Assembly (NCBI GenBank): GCA_003693705.1
Contig: RBZT01000156.1
Location: 53,733-117,732, forward strand
Reading direction: 5' to 3'
Origin: Polymyxa betae A26-41
Lineage: Eukaryota > Protista > Endomyxa: Phytomyxea
Length of the DNA: 64,000 nt
Within the stretch, counting starts at the first letter, position 1. Each line of letters opens with the position of its first letter. A program made the position numbers and the translations under genes. Below, in pieces: positions 38,101 through 53,486 of this stretch. The notes beneath the pieces were generated by a model. That model did not search any database, was not told where the DNA came from, and saw nothing but the letters and a program-made list of their open reading frames with translations.

Positions 38101-41100
38101 CTATGTGCTGGATGCATCTATTAGAGACTGATTTAGTGGAAGTCGCCGCTCATCATCATCATGATCGTAAACTCGTGTTCACGCAGGTCGATGTGGACAC
38201 CATCTCACAGCGTCCTCTCACAATCCGTAATCGATGCGGTGTTCGAGTCCCATTCCGAGTTCGAATTGAGACCGAGACGGAAGGGGAGATTCCATCTAGT
38301 CGATTCTGGTGTGATGAATCAGAAGATGTTCTTGATCGATGGGAACAACGTACCATCTGGATACAATTTCGAGCACGTTCACCTGGACATTATTCAGCGC
38401 GGTTACAGCTTGTCTACGCCGATCCCTTCGTGGAGGACGTCGCCGCTCAGTTCGTATCGTTCTTCGCCGAGTTGATCGCTGAATGTGGCCGTCCTGCTAT
38501 CACAGCCGATGTCGATTTCGTGGATTTTGGGCATTCCGGCGTTGGCCTGAAATCGTTTCATAGTTTGACTATCACGAATCAGATGCATCATCCAGCTGTT
38601 GTCCATTTGTTAGTCGAGACACCATTTGCCATTGGCAGCGGTGACACTTTCATCTCGGTTGCTCCAATGTCATCCATGACTGTCCAGCTATCATTCAACC
38701 CAGTCACATCTGGCAGGTTTAGTAACCGTCTGCAAATGGTCTGTGGCGATTCCTTCCAAGATGTCATGCTGTTCGGTGAAGGAGGTGTTATGAGTTTAAC
38801 ATCATCGTTGGGTCCACCTCAATCAGGTCCGAATATCACGGATGATGAACACGACATCAATATGGGTGCTGTTCGTGTTTGTACAGAGACAGGACGTGCT
38901 CTACGTCTTATCAATAACGGAACTATTGAGGTGGAGATCGCGAGAATTGTGGCATCTGCTGATGAAGGTCTCGTCTATCAACTTATGGATGCGGATGCTG
39001 CCGATGTTCAAGATCTCCCGAAATTCGGTCAGGAGCCTCTCGATGCTCCTATTATTGATTGGGACGAGGTCGCTTATCAGAAACTGTGTGCTGATATCGC
39101 CAATGCTAGCCGACGCCGTCCTGGTCATGATGAAGATGCTGCTGTTCTTCCACATCGATTATCACCGGGATCATCGCTGTCACTACAGGTGACATTCTCT
39201 CGATATCTGACAGGAATATTCAAGCCAACATTACGTGTTGAAACACGACAAACATCGGGACAGATGGATACCTTCGTATTCGCCATGAAATTCAATGTTC
39301 ACGATATTCTCGAGATTAATGAGGCCCGTCTAGAATTCGGTGTCGTACCATATCTGCAGACTCGACATCTGCCTATCACATTCCAGAACGATTGTCTTCA
39401 AGCTGTATCATGGCGTCTGGAGATCGTGGATGCGTCCGCACAACGATGTCAAGATCATCAGAAGACTCCAATACGTAATGATGTATTCACAGCACAGCCA
39501 TCGTCTGGCGTCGTACAAGGATCTGGTCAGCAACAGGTTCTGATCACATTCAATTCGACATCGATACATTGTATATGTAGTGGACGTGCTATCCTTCATA
39601 CATCGGAGATTGGATCGAGCTCAGTGGAGGTGACAGCGTGTAGCGGTGCCCCGTTATTATCTGCATCTGAGACACTGATTGCATTCGGCTGTATCAGTCT
39701 CGGATCCAGTAAGAGTAAAGTCGTCATGCTGAGTAATGAAGGAGAACTACCTGCTGTGTTTATTGTGAAATTAACGCTGCCGAAACGATTTCATGTTGTA
39801 CCGATGCGAGGTGTGATTGCTGCAAGATCGAGGCAGCCGCTCTGGATTAAATTCACACCATCTGATAGCGATCCAGTTGGAACCCAATTACGAGTTGATT
39901 GGGGTGATCAGGAACGTATTTCTAACCGTATTACTATTGATCTATCTGGCTCTGGTGGAAGCTCCCAGATTGTTATCAAACAATCATCTGTGGATTTTGG
40001 TTTAGCTATGCTGGGTGCAGATACGACAAAGGTACTTCGTGTATATAATGCTGGTGCGGCCGAAGCGCTATTACGTATCGATCTACCAGATCCAGCACTC
40101 TCTGTCCCAGATACAGATGGAACTTTCTTTGTCAAACCAGGCAGTTTTCGAGATCTGGAGATCGTGTTCCGTCCAACGACGCCGGCCCCAATATCGGGTC
40201 AGGCATCGATATATTCCCAAGAGGTTGGCGTTGGTGCAGCTGATCGTATTCAAGTTCAGATCAAAGGTCGTGTTGGTGTTCCTAACCTGCAGTTAGGTCC
40301 TGCTGATATAATCGGCCCATATACCCTTAATATGGGCGTCTGTGTTGTACGAAGAACAACGCAACGTCAGTTCTATGTGGAGAATGCCGGTAATATGGAT
40401 GTCCCATTCGAAGTTCGTCTCTACCGATCGAGTGGTGGTGCGGACGGTGGGGCAGCACGACACGATCAGATCGGGATCGGAACGTCAGGACAGGGCGGTG
40501 CACAGACCGTCCAGTCGTGGTTGCCCCAATTAGAACCGCGGGATCCATCCTGGGCCCAGCTGATCGACAGCGATCTGGTCGCCGCCGAACCCGATCATTT
40601 CCACGTGGAGCCCAGGGCCGGCGTACTGGCCCAGGGCCAGCGCGTCCAGTTCACCGTGACGTTCGCGCCTGTTCAGTCGGATGAGTATCTTGATGTGGCT
40701 GTATCGATATGGAATCCGTCGGCACCGATGACCTTGATTGCCACCGCCTTGAGCGATGAACCATCTATTGATCTGGATATGGCTGAACGTGTTCTCGATC
40801 TGGGGCTGTGTCGATGTGGGAACACGTTCCGCAGGAGATTCCGGATTCTGAATCGGGGCAGTATTCCCTACCAGTATCATATCGGCCCAGATATGCGCGA
40901 TCCCCAATGGGCTCCGTATCGTGATGATTATGAGGCAGCACGTTTAGCATGGACTGCCCAGATGAAGACGATTGGATTCGTATTTCAATATGCTGGTTTA
41001 TGTCCACGTCGTGGTCATGATACAGTAACTGTACAGTTTACTGCACCTGCTGCTGGGCAATATACAGCCAGAGCCAGGATTGTCTGTTCTGGAGGTTATG

Positions 41101-44100
41101 AACAGATTGAAGTTCGTGCTCTGGGTGGAACTTCGCTTCTGCAATTATATCGTCCTGCTGAACAAGGTCAGACGACATCTGTCTTCTTTCATATCGCATA
41201 TTGTATTGATGGGGTTTCTAGGCAAGAAAGGTGCTAATGGCGATGTGATTGATTTTGGATTACGTCCTATTGGACAGGTATCACAAGCAACGATTGTATT
41301 ACGTAATGTTGGTCTATTAGGAACTGGATTTCTCATCAGTCGTACAATGCCAGATCAATTCGATGTATATCCATTATCAGGGCGTATTGAACCAGGCATT
41401 GATCTTCCAATACGCATCACATTCCGTCCATCAACCTTTGGTTTATGTCAATTCGATTTCAAGATCAAAGGCGTTGATAACATCGTCGATTCGTGGCGTA
41501 TTGTTGGACGTGGTGGTAAAGGACACCTACAGGTTCATTATCTGCATGCACAAGATCAACGTCTCAAAGGTCTGGATTTCGGATCTGTCCAGCTCGGGCA
41601 GCTTGTACAGAAATCGCTCATCATCTATAACGAAGGCGAGGTCGACCTGGATCTGACAGCCGTCTTTGATCAACCTGCCTTCGCCATTCGTGTACAACAT
41701 GCTGGACAGCCGTACCGGACCGTTGCTGAGCTCGATGCCTGGGCCCGCCAGCAGGGTCTGCATCGGGCCCAGACCCATCCGGTACGGCCCAGCGACCTGG
41801 TCGTACTGGCCCAGGCCCGGACCCTGGATGTCGTCCTGGGGCCGAAACAGTTCCTGGTCGCCACCGTCCTGGTGGCTGTAGATGGCGCCCTGCCGGGGCG
41901 CCTCATGGGCCAGCTCGTTCTCGCGTCGCAGTTCAATACGATGGCGATCGCGGTTCGAGCTGAGACCGGCTCCGTCCTGCTGGTCCATACCGGCGATCTG
42001 CAGTTCGGCAGTGTCGGTGTCGAACATGTTTACGAGAAGCAGTTAACGCTGATTAATAATGGATCATTAGCAGCATCCGCTCAGCTATATTGCCAGATCG
42101 GCAACGTCCCTAATCCCCATCGCAATGCCGTACTGGTCCTGGTCGGCACACAGGTCTCCACCTATGGACGCCTATGGCGCCGTACTGCCCGCCTCCTGAT
42201 CCGCATCATTCGTGCAGCGAAATCCATCTCTGGGCGTACGGACCTGGATGCCCTGATTGATAGTGGTGATCGAGATCCAGATACGGGAACGTCATCTGAT
42301 ACCACACGATCTGCTAATCGAAAGCAGCAGATCTGCGAAGTCGTTGAACCTCTCATGATCCAATTACAGAATGTTCGTCTCACACACACTGACCATTATG
42401 ATAATCAACATCGTGTTGAATCCAGTCTCACATCAACACATCCGTTATTTGATACGGCTCTCTCATTAGCTAATATTGGATCCGAAACCAGCCGACGGCT
42501 CGCTCTACTACAGAACGCCATCGAGAAGAAGGTCGTACAGGACCAGGAGGCGGTCCGATCCCCTCTTACCACTCTGCTGCAGATTATCGGTCCAGCATTG
42601 AGTAATATTCGTGGTGTGTCACAGATCTCGTCTGCGTCTCTTCTACCGAGCACAGCCGCATCAACAATCTCAGCTGCTACAAAATCTGCCTATGTATCAG
42701 TACATCCATCGCGTATCAATCTAGATGTGGACGTACCCGTCAGTATCAAAGTGAAGGCGTCGTTCCCAGCACAAGCTACATTCATTGGATCGTTGATAGT
42801 GGAGACTGATCTTCTAGGTTGTTCGCCATACTCGATCCGTATATCAGCATCACCAATGAATGCACGTATGATATGCAATGATGCCAGTCCTATGAAATTT
42901 GGTCGAATATCGTTGGGATCGGCAGAGGTTCAGACCCGAGTTCTCACCAATACTGGCGAATTGCCAATACGGTTCTCTATACGACATCGTAATTTCGGCC
43001 TGATTGTGAATCCATCTGGTGGATATCTGGAAGCTGAAGATTCCGTCCAACTGCAGTGCACCTTTCGACCTGTTGATGAACAATGGCAGACGTCACCTGT
43101 TTCTATAGAAACTGATAGTACTGATTCTATCGAATTCGAATTTTCTGGTGCTGGTGGCGTACCTCGACTACATCTGGCGTCATTCGATCGATACGATTTC
43201 GGTCGATGCATGGCGGTAATCACAATTCCTTTCGTATGCAAATGACGAAGATTTCCCCGATTGTTCTTCAACCAAATGATGTTTTCGCTGAATGTTTGTT
43301 GTAGGGGCGAACATCGAACAAAGCGATTCGTATCTACAATATCGGAAACGCTCAGCTACCTGTATTACGATGTCTTCTGGACCAGACCGTGATCTTCAAG
43401 AAAGGCGCCGATTGGCCCAGTTCCCGATTCAATATCGATCCAGATTCGTTCTTTGATCTGCAGGTGGAGTTCACACCGCAGAGCGAGGACGTCTTCCGTG
43501 GTCGTGTTGTGATCGAGACCGAATCCCGTGTTGTAGCCATTGAGCTGATTGGAACAGGACGCGAGGCATTACTCACTTATCAGACGCAGAACGTCGATCT
43601 AACAAATACGATTGTTGGGAATCTCTATAGACGTGATATCGTACTGAACAACGTCAGCGATCTCGAATATCCTCTTCAGGTCAGTATGCGATCTCTGGCC
43701 CTGCCCGATCTCGTCCAGGACCTGACCATCGAAACCCCGGAACTCGTTCTCGAACCTTTCGAACAACGAAAGATCCATTTCCTGTACAAGCCGACACGCG
43801 CGGTCCGTTGCTCGTCTTCGTGGATTGTCTCGGTCTGAAAATGGTGATCAGGTGGATACGGTCGTCACGATTCGTTTGTCGTCGATCTATTCCGAGAACG
43901 ATGTTTCTGTCCCGGTGACAACAGGTACCGCTGAGATCTCGCTCGACACCGACCTGGTAGATTTCGGGCAATTTCAGAAGGGATTCCATTGCTCGCGTAG
44001 TGTGACAATACGGAATTCGGGGACAATCTCGGTGGCGTTTCGTCTCCATTCTAGTCGAGATCCCGATCAATTAGATTTTACTGTATCGAGATGGCGTGGT

Positions 44101-45814
44101 CTTCTCGTACCAGATCGCGATGTCGAGATTATATTCAAGACGAAACTAGCGCAATTGGGTGCGTTTGAAGACGAACTATGCCTGGAGACCCAACTCGATG
44201 GAAAACGTCATTTCATTCGTGTCTGTGGGCAATGTGATACACCGATTGTCGATCCAGCGAAATTCCATCGAGTAGATTTCGGTCTGTGTATATCTCATGA
44301 TCTGATTGCCAGGAATGCTGATTGGATATGGAAGGTGATTGTCTGGTTGGTGAGACGGCGACGCAATCGTTTGTGATCGAGAATTCGGGTGGATTCCCTC
44401 TGACCTATAAGATGAAGGCAACGTTCCCTATTAAAGTGATGCCTAATCAAGGATCTGTAGCAGCACTTAGTAGACAACGATTCAGCATTCAATGGATTCC
44501 ATCTGGTGGATATGGACTGAGATCTACATTGAAAGTACACACGAATCTGGGCGTCTTTGATGTCAATGTGAAAGGTAACGTCTTGCTGATATTCGTCTTC
44601 ATGATCGTAAACTGAGTTCAGGCCGTGGTGCATATCCACGATTCACGATCTCAAGCGCGTTTCTGGATTTCGGGATCGGAGCATTGCGGCAGGTCTACGA
44701 GCAGAAATTTCGGATCATCAATCGGGGCAAGGTCGCCATTCGTTTCTCGATTCCATACACGCCATCGGGTATCATTGGAAGCCAGGTGGATGGTGGTGGA
44801 TCTATGACTAGTTCTGGTGGTGGTCTATCATGTATCGGTGAACGTCATGGTGACGAAGTATGTCCTGGATTTACCGTCATACCAATGAGAGGGGCATTAG
44901 CTGCTGGAGAATCGGTCACAGTTCGGGTGAAATTCGAACCTCGCGACTACAGAAAGTACAGTGGCAATATCGTGATCGAGAGCAAGGGCCGGTACCGGGA
45001 AGTCGCCGTACTCGGGGCCGGCGGCACCCTGCGTCTGGACGTACCGGCCCGCCTGGATCTCGGATCGTGTCCTGCTGGATTCTATCGTCATGCTGATCTG
45101 CTGATTGCTAATACTGGCGATGTACTGGTTAATATTCGTGCAGCCAGTATTGATCTGCCAGCGGAGATGCGAATGTCGTCCCAGCCCGCGTCGATGACAT
45201 TGCCGTCGATGTCGAGACAGACCATGACGGTCTATCTGAAGGTGGATGAGGGATATTCGGGTGCGTTTGAGTTCTCTATAATATTGGTCAGTAATGAGAG
45301 TACATGGCGTATACCTGTCTATGGTCGTGCTATAACATTATGCAATTCATTCAGTCATCTAACGGCTATATTGATGTCTGCTGATATCAATATGAGAGCG
45401 GCACCGATATCGATGCAACAGTGGCCGAACGCATTAGATCAAGATACGCCATCAACACGATATCGACCAGCTCTACCATCTGATGACGATGATGATCAAC
45501 GTGCTGCCCAATCGGTTATGAAACTATTGCTCCATGCAGTTTGTGAAATGGCCCGAGCATCAGATACCAGCATAAACACTACTACGTTCTCAGATCGTCT
45601 CATCACACATCTAGAGGCGGGTATCACACCCGTCGAGGGCGAGTACGTCGACCGGGACGTCCTGGCCGGTCTCGTGGCCCGATCCGAGCCTGAGATTCGA
45701 CGCCCGAATATCAGTCTGATCACGAACCTGGTCGAACCCGTTCTCGATGATGATCGTATCACATCTGTTATATCATCAGCGCCTCTATTTCTACCAGAGC
45801 TCACCATCATTTAG
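35131..45814 (+). CDS. Giant (~3,400 aa) protein: N-terminal helical/HEAT-like region, then tandem ASH/PapD-like Ig domains (Hydin/CFAP65/DLEC1 superfamily)
   Basis: Repeated (V/I)DFG..(L/I).N.G....F.V.P..G.(L/I)....(V/I).F.P modules; exons joined in frame by GT-AG introns at ~35653, 36023, 41168, 43216, 43804, 44282, 44575. Confidence 0.8.
35654..35678 (+). repeat. Interstitial telomere-like repeat TTAGGG-TTTAGGG-TTTTAGGG-TTTT inside intron 35653-35699
   Basis: Seen directly: ag|gttagggtttagggttttagggtttt...gtgtag|. Confidence 0.95.
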
Positions 45815-45856
45815 AAGGAATATAGAATATCAACATATTGGCAATATTTTCATAAT

Positions 45857-46419
45857 TTATTCGTCGACCTGCATGGTATTTGATTTGGTGGCCTTCTGGC
45901 GCATCGAGACGGTATCTTTGGAGACCTGTTCGATCTTCTCTCGTACAAGAGGTGATTTGACAAGTTCGAACCCCTGCTTGATCGTTGCTAATGTCTGCTT
46001 CTTCTGGATCAATTTCGCGGGCTTCATACGGGCCTTGTAGAATCGCTCTTTACGTAATGTCTTGATATCTTCAACACGTTTCATAGCCTTCAATGTTGTC
46101 GCCATCAGCTGACGGTCGTACTTGACCGGGATATTGCGTTTCCGTTCGAAATCGAATGTAGAATCCACAGCCAGCTCCTTGCCATGCGATTTTCGGAAGG
46201 CCTTCGTCCATCGTATATGACGAGGGTTTCGTTTTAATTTGAAGTTCTTGTGGCATTTCGATCGACAGAATTGGAACGTTTTACAATCGTTTCGTACAAA
46301 GGTCACACCATGACCTGGATAGATCGTGCTCGAACAGAAATAGCACTTCTCCAAACGCTATGAACATTGAGCAGATTAATACATCACTATGAGCATAATA
46401 ATGACAGGCTCGTTACCAT
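45857..46419 (-). CDS. RLP24: Ribosome biogenesis protein Rlp24 (RSL24D1); intron directly after the ATG
   Basis: M|[59 protein letters not shown]. Confidence 0.95.
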
Positions 46420-46607
46420 TCTGTTTTAGATACGTGTTAGATCGGGCACTGATTCACCTTGTCCAACCGATCCTAGAAGCAGCAAATTTCTCAGCAGAAT
46501 CTGTAAAAAGGCCACCTCAAATGTCCGTCACGGAGTCCGCCGAAGAAAAATCGCCTTTTTCGCGGAAAGTTTGGTCGGTTTTTTTTTCGGAACGCGATCG
46601 TTAATAG

Positions 46608-47978
<1,371 letters not shown>

Positions 47979-48148
47979 CTAATACGATGTCAAACGAAAA
48001 AAGAATCTGCAAAGTAGAACTGTTATTTATATTGTATAAAGCAAGAGAAAGACATCGAATACTAATTGAAATTTGCTGATATTTGATCTACAAGATGTTC
48101 TTGTGAGACGGTTTCTATCAATGCCCGGCATTGTTATATTACATTATT

Positions 48149-48534
48149 ATGAACCATATTTGCCAGATTCCGACCATCCCGCCGCTACAATCTCACCAGC
48201 TATTACCAAAGCCATCTCTGCAGCGTATCCACAGCACGCTCACCGATTATGAAACCGCCTATCTCAGTAAGGTAAGGGCGTCGTTGTCAGGCCTCCTTCG
48301 TTCTGACAACTGGGCGAAAAGATGCAAGCTGTGAAGGCCTCGTCGAGTCACACCAACAATTCTAATGCATTTGCTGAGTCGAACCGGGCGTTCATGCAGG
48401 CAGTAAATGATAACGAGCCCGATGACCATGCCATAGACGATGATATTGACGAATCCGAAGGCGACGACCTCGACCCGATCGAGGAAGACATTTCCGCCGA
48501 CGATGATGATGGGCTTAGTTTTGTATCAGATTAA
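48149..48534 (+). CDS. Small acidic-tailed protein, possibly APC/C subunit APC15-like
   Basis: 2 exons (AAG|GTAAGG..AAAG|ATG); P-rich start, short helix, long D/E tail; resemblance is architectural only. Confidence 0.45.
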
Positions 48535-48741
48535 AATGATTTTCAATGTGAAACTTGGTGTGGAAGCAGCATGAAAATGTTAATCTGTATTATGGATGGA
48601 CATTTGCATAATAATAGAGAAAGTGTTGTATGGTACTGCGAGCGGTTAATATAAGTGCAGGTTGTTGTTAGAGAGAGTCTTTCAGTCACATCTATTGCTT
48701 TCCTGATTGAAATAGATCACTGTCATCCTGCTGCTTATGCC

Positions 48742-49306
48742 ATGGCACAGCCCAGCGATAACCACAACGAGTCGTTTCTGCTGCGAATGGTTCGCTGTAC
48801 CAGACAGCAGATAACTTCGGTCGTTGAAGATAGCAAACAGAATGCCGGTACTGTTTACCCGGGCTAAAAGTGCTTATTTCTAGATCTGAAATTTTTCTTC
48901 TTTTAGGGTTATTACAACGTTCATTCCAGCAAACTGTTTATGATCCGCTCCATGAAGCCGCTATAGGTAAAATGCCTCGGTCAAGGATTATGGAAATCTA
49001 AACCTAGATAGAAACAAGGGATCTGTGGCGACGTTCGCGTCGTGAGCAACCAGGAGCTATAGTTGCAACTGCAACAGCAATCGCTATGGTGGCTTCTATC
49101 CCATGTTGATCAATTTTTGAGTCTGGTAATCTGCAGTGGCTCATGATGTTTTAGTTGGACGCTGGGCTTTTGTTCGAAATTCTATGTTAACTGCTGGATT
49201 AACATTCTCGATTACTAGCCCAGAAACGCTGGTCGAAATTCTTAAGGATACACGACCTAGACGTGTGAAGGCGGACCAGGCCTCTAGTTCTACCTCTAAA
49301 CAATAA
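48742..49306 (+). CDS. ~140-aa two-TM membrane protein (4 exons), absent as a whole from the ORF track
   Basis: Spliced: MAQPSDN...GLLQRSFQQTVYDPLHEAAIETRDLWRRSRREQPGAIVATATAIAMVASIPFGRWAFVRNSMLTAGLTFSITSPETLVEIL...SKQ*. Confidence 0.65.
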
Positions 49307-49366
49307 TTGCCCTATTAACAAGTAATACATCAAGGGATCTGGGTCTCTACATCGCTTCTAAATGCT

Positions 49367-49646
49367 TTATTCCACGTTCCCGAACTTGCTGTCCTTAACT
49401 TTAGCCATTGCATCCAGATATTCGAGGACAAAAGACTTGCACTTTGTGTGATGTATGACGCCGTATTTCCTATGACAATGCTGGACTTGCTCGCCAATCA
49501 TGAGAAGCCGAGCGACTAGTCAGGTGGAATGAATGTACAATCGGTGACCTATCGGATGCCATACCATGTTTGGCATGCTGCTTTGCAAACTGTTCCTTAC
49601 GTAGGATGGTATTAGTAGATGTTGGTGTTGGCTGAGGCTCAGACAT
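49367..49646 (-). CDS. NDUFB10: Complex I subunit NDUFB10/PDSW (2 exons)
   Basis: Spliced: ...RKEQFAKQHAKHVARLLMIGEQVQHCHRKYGVIHHTKCKSFVLEYLDAM matches the C.R..GV.H...C...V..YL motif. Confidence 0.82.
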
Positions 49647-49713
49647 AGAGTGATAGACTGAAATAAATACAAAGAGGGATGCGACGTTGCGCACTGATAG
49701 GTATGATAGCGGG

Positions 49714-52700
49714 TTATCTGCACTGACACGAGCAGCCTGTTACTGGACACTGATCATGTCCTGAGAACCACTATACAATCTATCAATACTCTCATGTTCA
49801 ACCGAGAGAGGTCGGCCTAACCTGATCCATATGCACACCATGACCAGCATGGTGACACACGACACACCAGCTGATCCATTGGTCGGTGCTCCGGCCATTA
49901 TCGGATTGGATTTCGGCCTCGGAATCGTTCTGCTGCCAGCGTTGCCCGCTCATCGTACCGCAATCGAGCAAAAGCAGACAAACTGAACATCGAGGCAGTG
50001 ATTTCTTGCAAGAAGGACAGGCTGAAAATTAGCAGATTAGAACTGGAAGCGCCAGGCGGCGACATACAGACCCTGAATCCGGAAACGATGTGATAACGAG
50101 GCCGAGGTGGCAAATCTTACAGGCAGGCATGTACTACGAGGGGAGAGTAAATCGCTTTGCACAAGCGACTGGCGGCAGTGTCGACTGGCAAGGGATCATT
50201 TCGATTTGTTTTTTGAATGAGCATGCGCATTACCACACTACAGATGCTTGACCTTCATTGGATAAGGTTCCAGTTGGTCGAACACGTTGTCTTGCAATGT
50301 CAAATTTAGCACGATACGACCACAGTTTCCATCGATCAACCAGGTCGCGATAAACATTGATGCAACGCTCAAACCATTGATTTGCTGGTGCGTACAATGA
50401 ATTGAGAGCCCGACAAAATAACTGTACCCATAATTTACCATCATTGTTATCTATACTGGAAAATGATAGAGCACTGATAATGGCAACAGTTTGTATGTCT
50501 GCTGTGCAATCAAGATATGATCGCAGAACACCATAGGAATCAGTTGATAAACCACACAATATCAGGCCATTTAAGCTTCCTAAATGTTGAATATTAAGAA
50601 AGCAATCCAGCTTAGTAACAGCAATGCATTAACCCGATTCGATTACACCCCGAAGTGTTGAATCGACATAACTCCTTAGCTGAGAATCATTCAAAAATCT
50701 ACAAGCGAAAGCCAGGCGATCTCGAAAAGTCACTAATTCACAATCAGGTTTAAGCACCAAGTGATCTCTCAACAGCTCTGACACGTGTCATCATTAAGGA
50801 TGTCAGAATAGTCGGGAGAACTTCGTGAGCACGATAAGAAGGTAATAGCGGCTCGTAGATACCTATCTACTGTCAGAATACAGACTGAAAGTCGAAACCC
50901 TAACTGACGGATGCCTGATTTGTTTGACGATTGCTCGAGCAGTAATTGACCAAATTTTGTGCTCATCTGAGTTACAATGCCCTACGAAGCCAGAAAAGGC
51001 AAGACAAACGAAAGAAAGATCGTCGCGATGTGCATCTGGATATCATTAATTAAGTGCAAGACGGATACAAAGAATCACCCTGGATTGCAGATTGAAGCAA
51101 ATTCAATGCGCTTTTAAAGTCCAAATGAAATACAGCCATTGCAACAGCTACTTCAAAATTCCCTTGATTTCCAAGTGACGAAACCATGGCTTCAATTTCT
51201 GATTGCCCTTCAATCTGACACCATCCTGTTTTTGCGAAGATTTACTAATGATAAGATTAGCATTAGGACTGTTACCTAATAAGCGGTATGCTTGTTTCCG
51301 ACCCTCGCTTTCATAAAAACATATTCCATTGACGAACGATTGAGTAGAATCGGAATCGCGACTGAGACATTCTTTAACTGTTCGGTTACATAGTTCGTTT
51401 CCATTGACAGAAGAAACTGCAAACGATTACTACAGCGATATGTCACGAAACATGATAGCCTACTATACAGAAAGTTCCAGATTTCAGCCAATCCCGGGTC
51501 AGCAATTTTAGATTCAGAAGCGAGTAACTGTTGATTATGAGCGATGTCTAATGCATATCCTGCCTTAGCTCGAGCCACCATTAGATCAGATATATCCTAA
51601 AAGGTTTCAGCATGACTGAAGAGCTGGGACCGAAGGTAAGAAAACCTGTTGAATTGCGGGCGAAACCTTGAAATCTGTATCGCATGAGAAAGCGAGCTGA
51701 CCAAGGCAGGAGAAATCCACCGCCCTTGATTCCCAATACTTCTTATACTGAGATGAAATAAGGCCATATTCGTAAGAGGAGAAATTTGATAGCCATACAT
51801 GCAGCTTAGAATCAGCAGTTAGTGCAATAACAGTGTTGGGCCGAGTTGGGTGAAGGTCGAAGCTTGAGATCGGTAACGGTAGTGCAAGATGGTTTCTTGG
51901 AACCAGCTGCAGTTGTGTTTATAAACCGTTTCGATTTCATGGAATACACTTACTTTTGGAATTCCGCCATCGGAATGAGGTGAGCCATGAATAAAACGGT
52001 CAACGTCATAGAACTCAATTTGAGATTTTTCACTGAAAACGGGTTACGGACAGCCAAGAGTGACAATCGAGCAATTACTTGAAAGATGTAGCAATAGTAT
52101 GAGGCGTAGTTGTTGACCATTGAGCAGATACTGGAATAAGTCCAGGTAGGTACAATGAAGTCAGCAGAGGACATTGTTGGTTCATTCGAGCATCCCAAAC
52201 ATTCAATAGACCTGTTAAAAGTACATACCAGATACGGGTCCAGAAGAGAGCAAAATTTACCATCTTCCGAAATCGCAGACAGCAATCGGTCATTTAGACT
52301 GGAGACTGATAGCGATTGAATAGACTTGGTATGACCTCCAATAGATAGTACTGGATCAGAAGCCGACCGAATATCATACAATCGAACCCATTTCATGCCA
52401 GAACAAGCTATCAGACAAGATCAGTTTTCGCCTGTAGAGGTCCAAGGTGATTACCAGCTAAGCATTGCGGCATGGAGCTCAGCCAAATTGCAGAACTGAT
52501 AGATTCTGATTTGGAGAATTGTACAAGAGGTTCTTGTACGGTTGGCGAATGAGAGTCATTAGAAAGCTGTTCTGAGGATACAGTTCCTGTCTGCTCTATG
52601 TCGAATATTAACCCAGAACATGCATTTCGAACCTAAACTGGATTCAACAGCTATCAAACGAATTGGAAGCAGCAGACCTTGTCTAATCCACAAACAAACT

Positions 52701-53075
52701 GGCTAGCCACGGTTGGATTAAACTGCAAAGTGGTGCATCTACGAGAATACTTTGGGACAAACTGTTTAATGATGTGACCTTCATGGCGACCGTCCTAAAC
52801 CATAATGAACCCGTCATTATCACAGGATTTAAACGGCAGACTCTGCTATTGGTATCAAGAAGAATGACTTTCCCAGATAATAGGCCACCGGCGATTGAAT
52901 TCGGAGCCCAAGCGATGCAGGTCAAAACAGGAACGCGTTGATCGTATGTTGATGTCAACTGGAATGGCAACTGCGAATCGTCCAGTTGCAGGCTGTAGAT
53001 TCGTAGATCGTCGGAGCTGACAGCGAACTGTTGTGGATCGGCTGGATTCCAGAGAACCTGTCCGGCTGGCAGCAT
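49714..53075 (-). CDS. MIOS: GATOR2 complex protein MIOS/Sea4
   Basis: N-terminal WD40; RAKAGY; HPYLRA; LTGL-like LCGL; YRDLVDRWKLWSYRAKFD; C-terminal WISWCVVCHHAGHGVHMDQWF..HDQCPVTGCSCQC*. Confidence 0.9.
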
Positions 53076-53486
53076 GAATGGCAGAAGCAGGTCAAGACAT
53101 TGTAATAATCCCTGTATAGTCTATACGCACATTCAATCTGCCAGTATCAGATACAGACTTGGTTGCAAATAGAGTCCATAGAATCACAAGTGCTATCAAC
53201 CAAAAGTGAACGACGTTGTTTATTCTGTTTTTATATCGTCTTTAGAAAGTCCTGATATGCGAGCTGGAATTTGAAAAGCTATTCCAGGAACGTATCAGCT
53301 GACAGGAGATGGGCCAAGCTCCGTCAAATGTTCAATGAGAAACTTGTTGGCAGATTCAGTTTAAATGTGATGTCTGGTAAAGTGTGAAGCGCGATTCGGA
53401 GGGCGAACTTGCAACTATGACTAGGACTGCATGCTGCTTGCAGATTCCAGAACATCTGAATCGGCCGGTCTACTCGATATTCAGCC

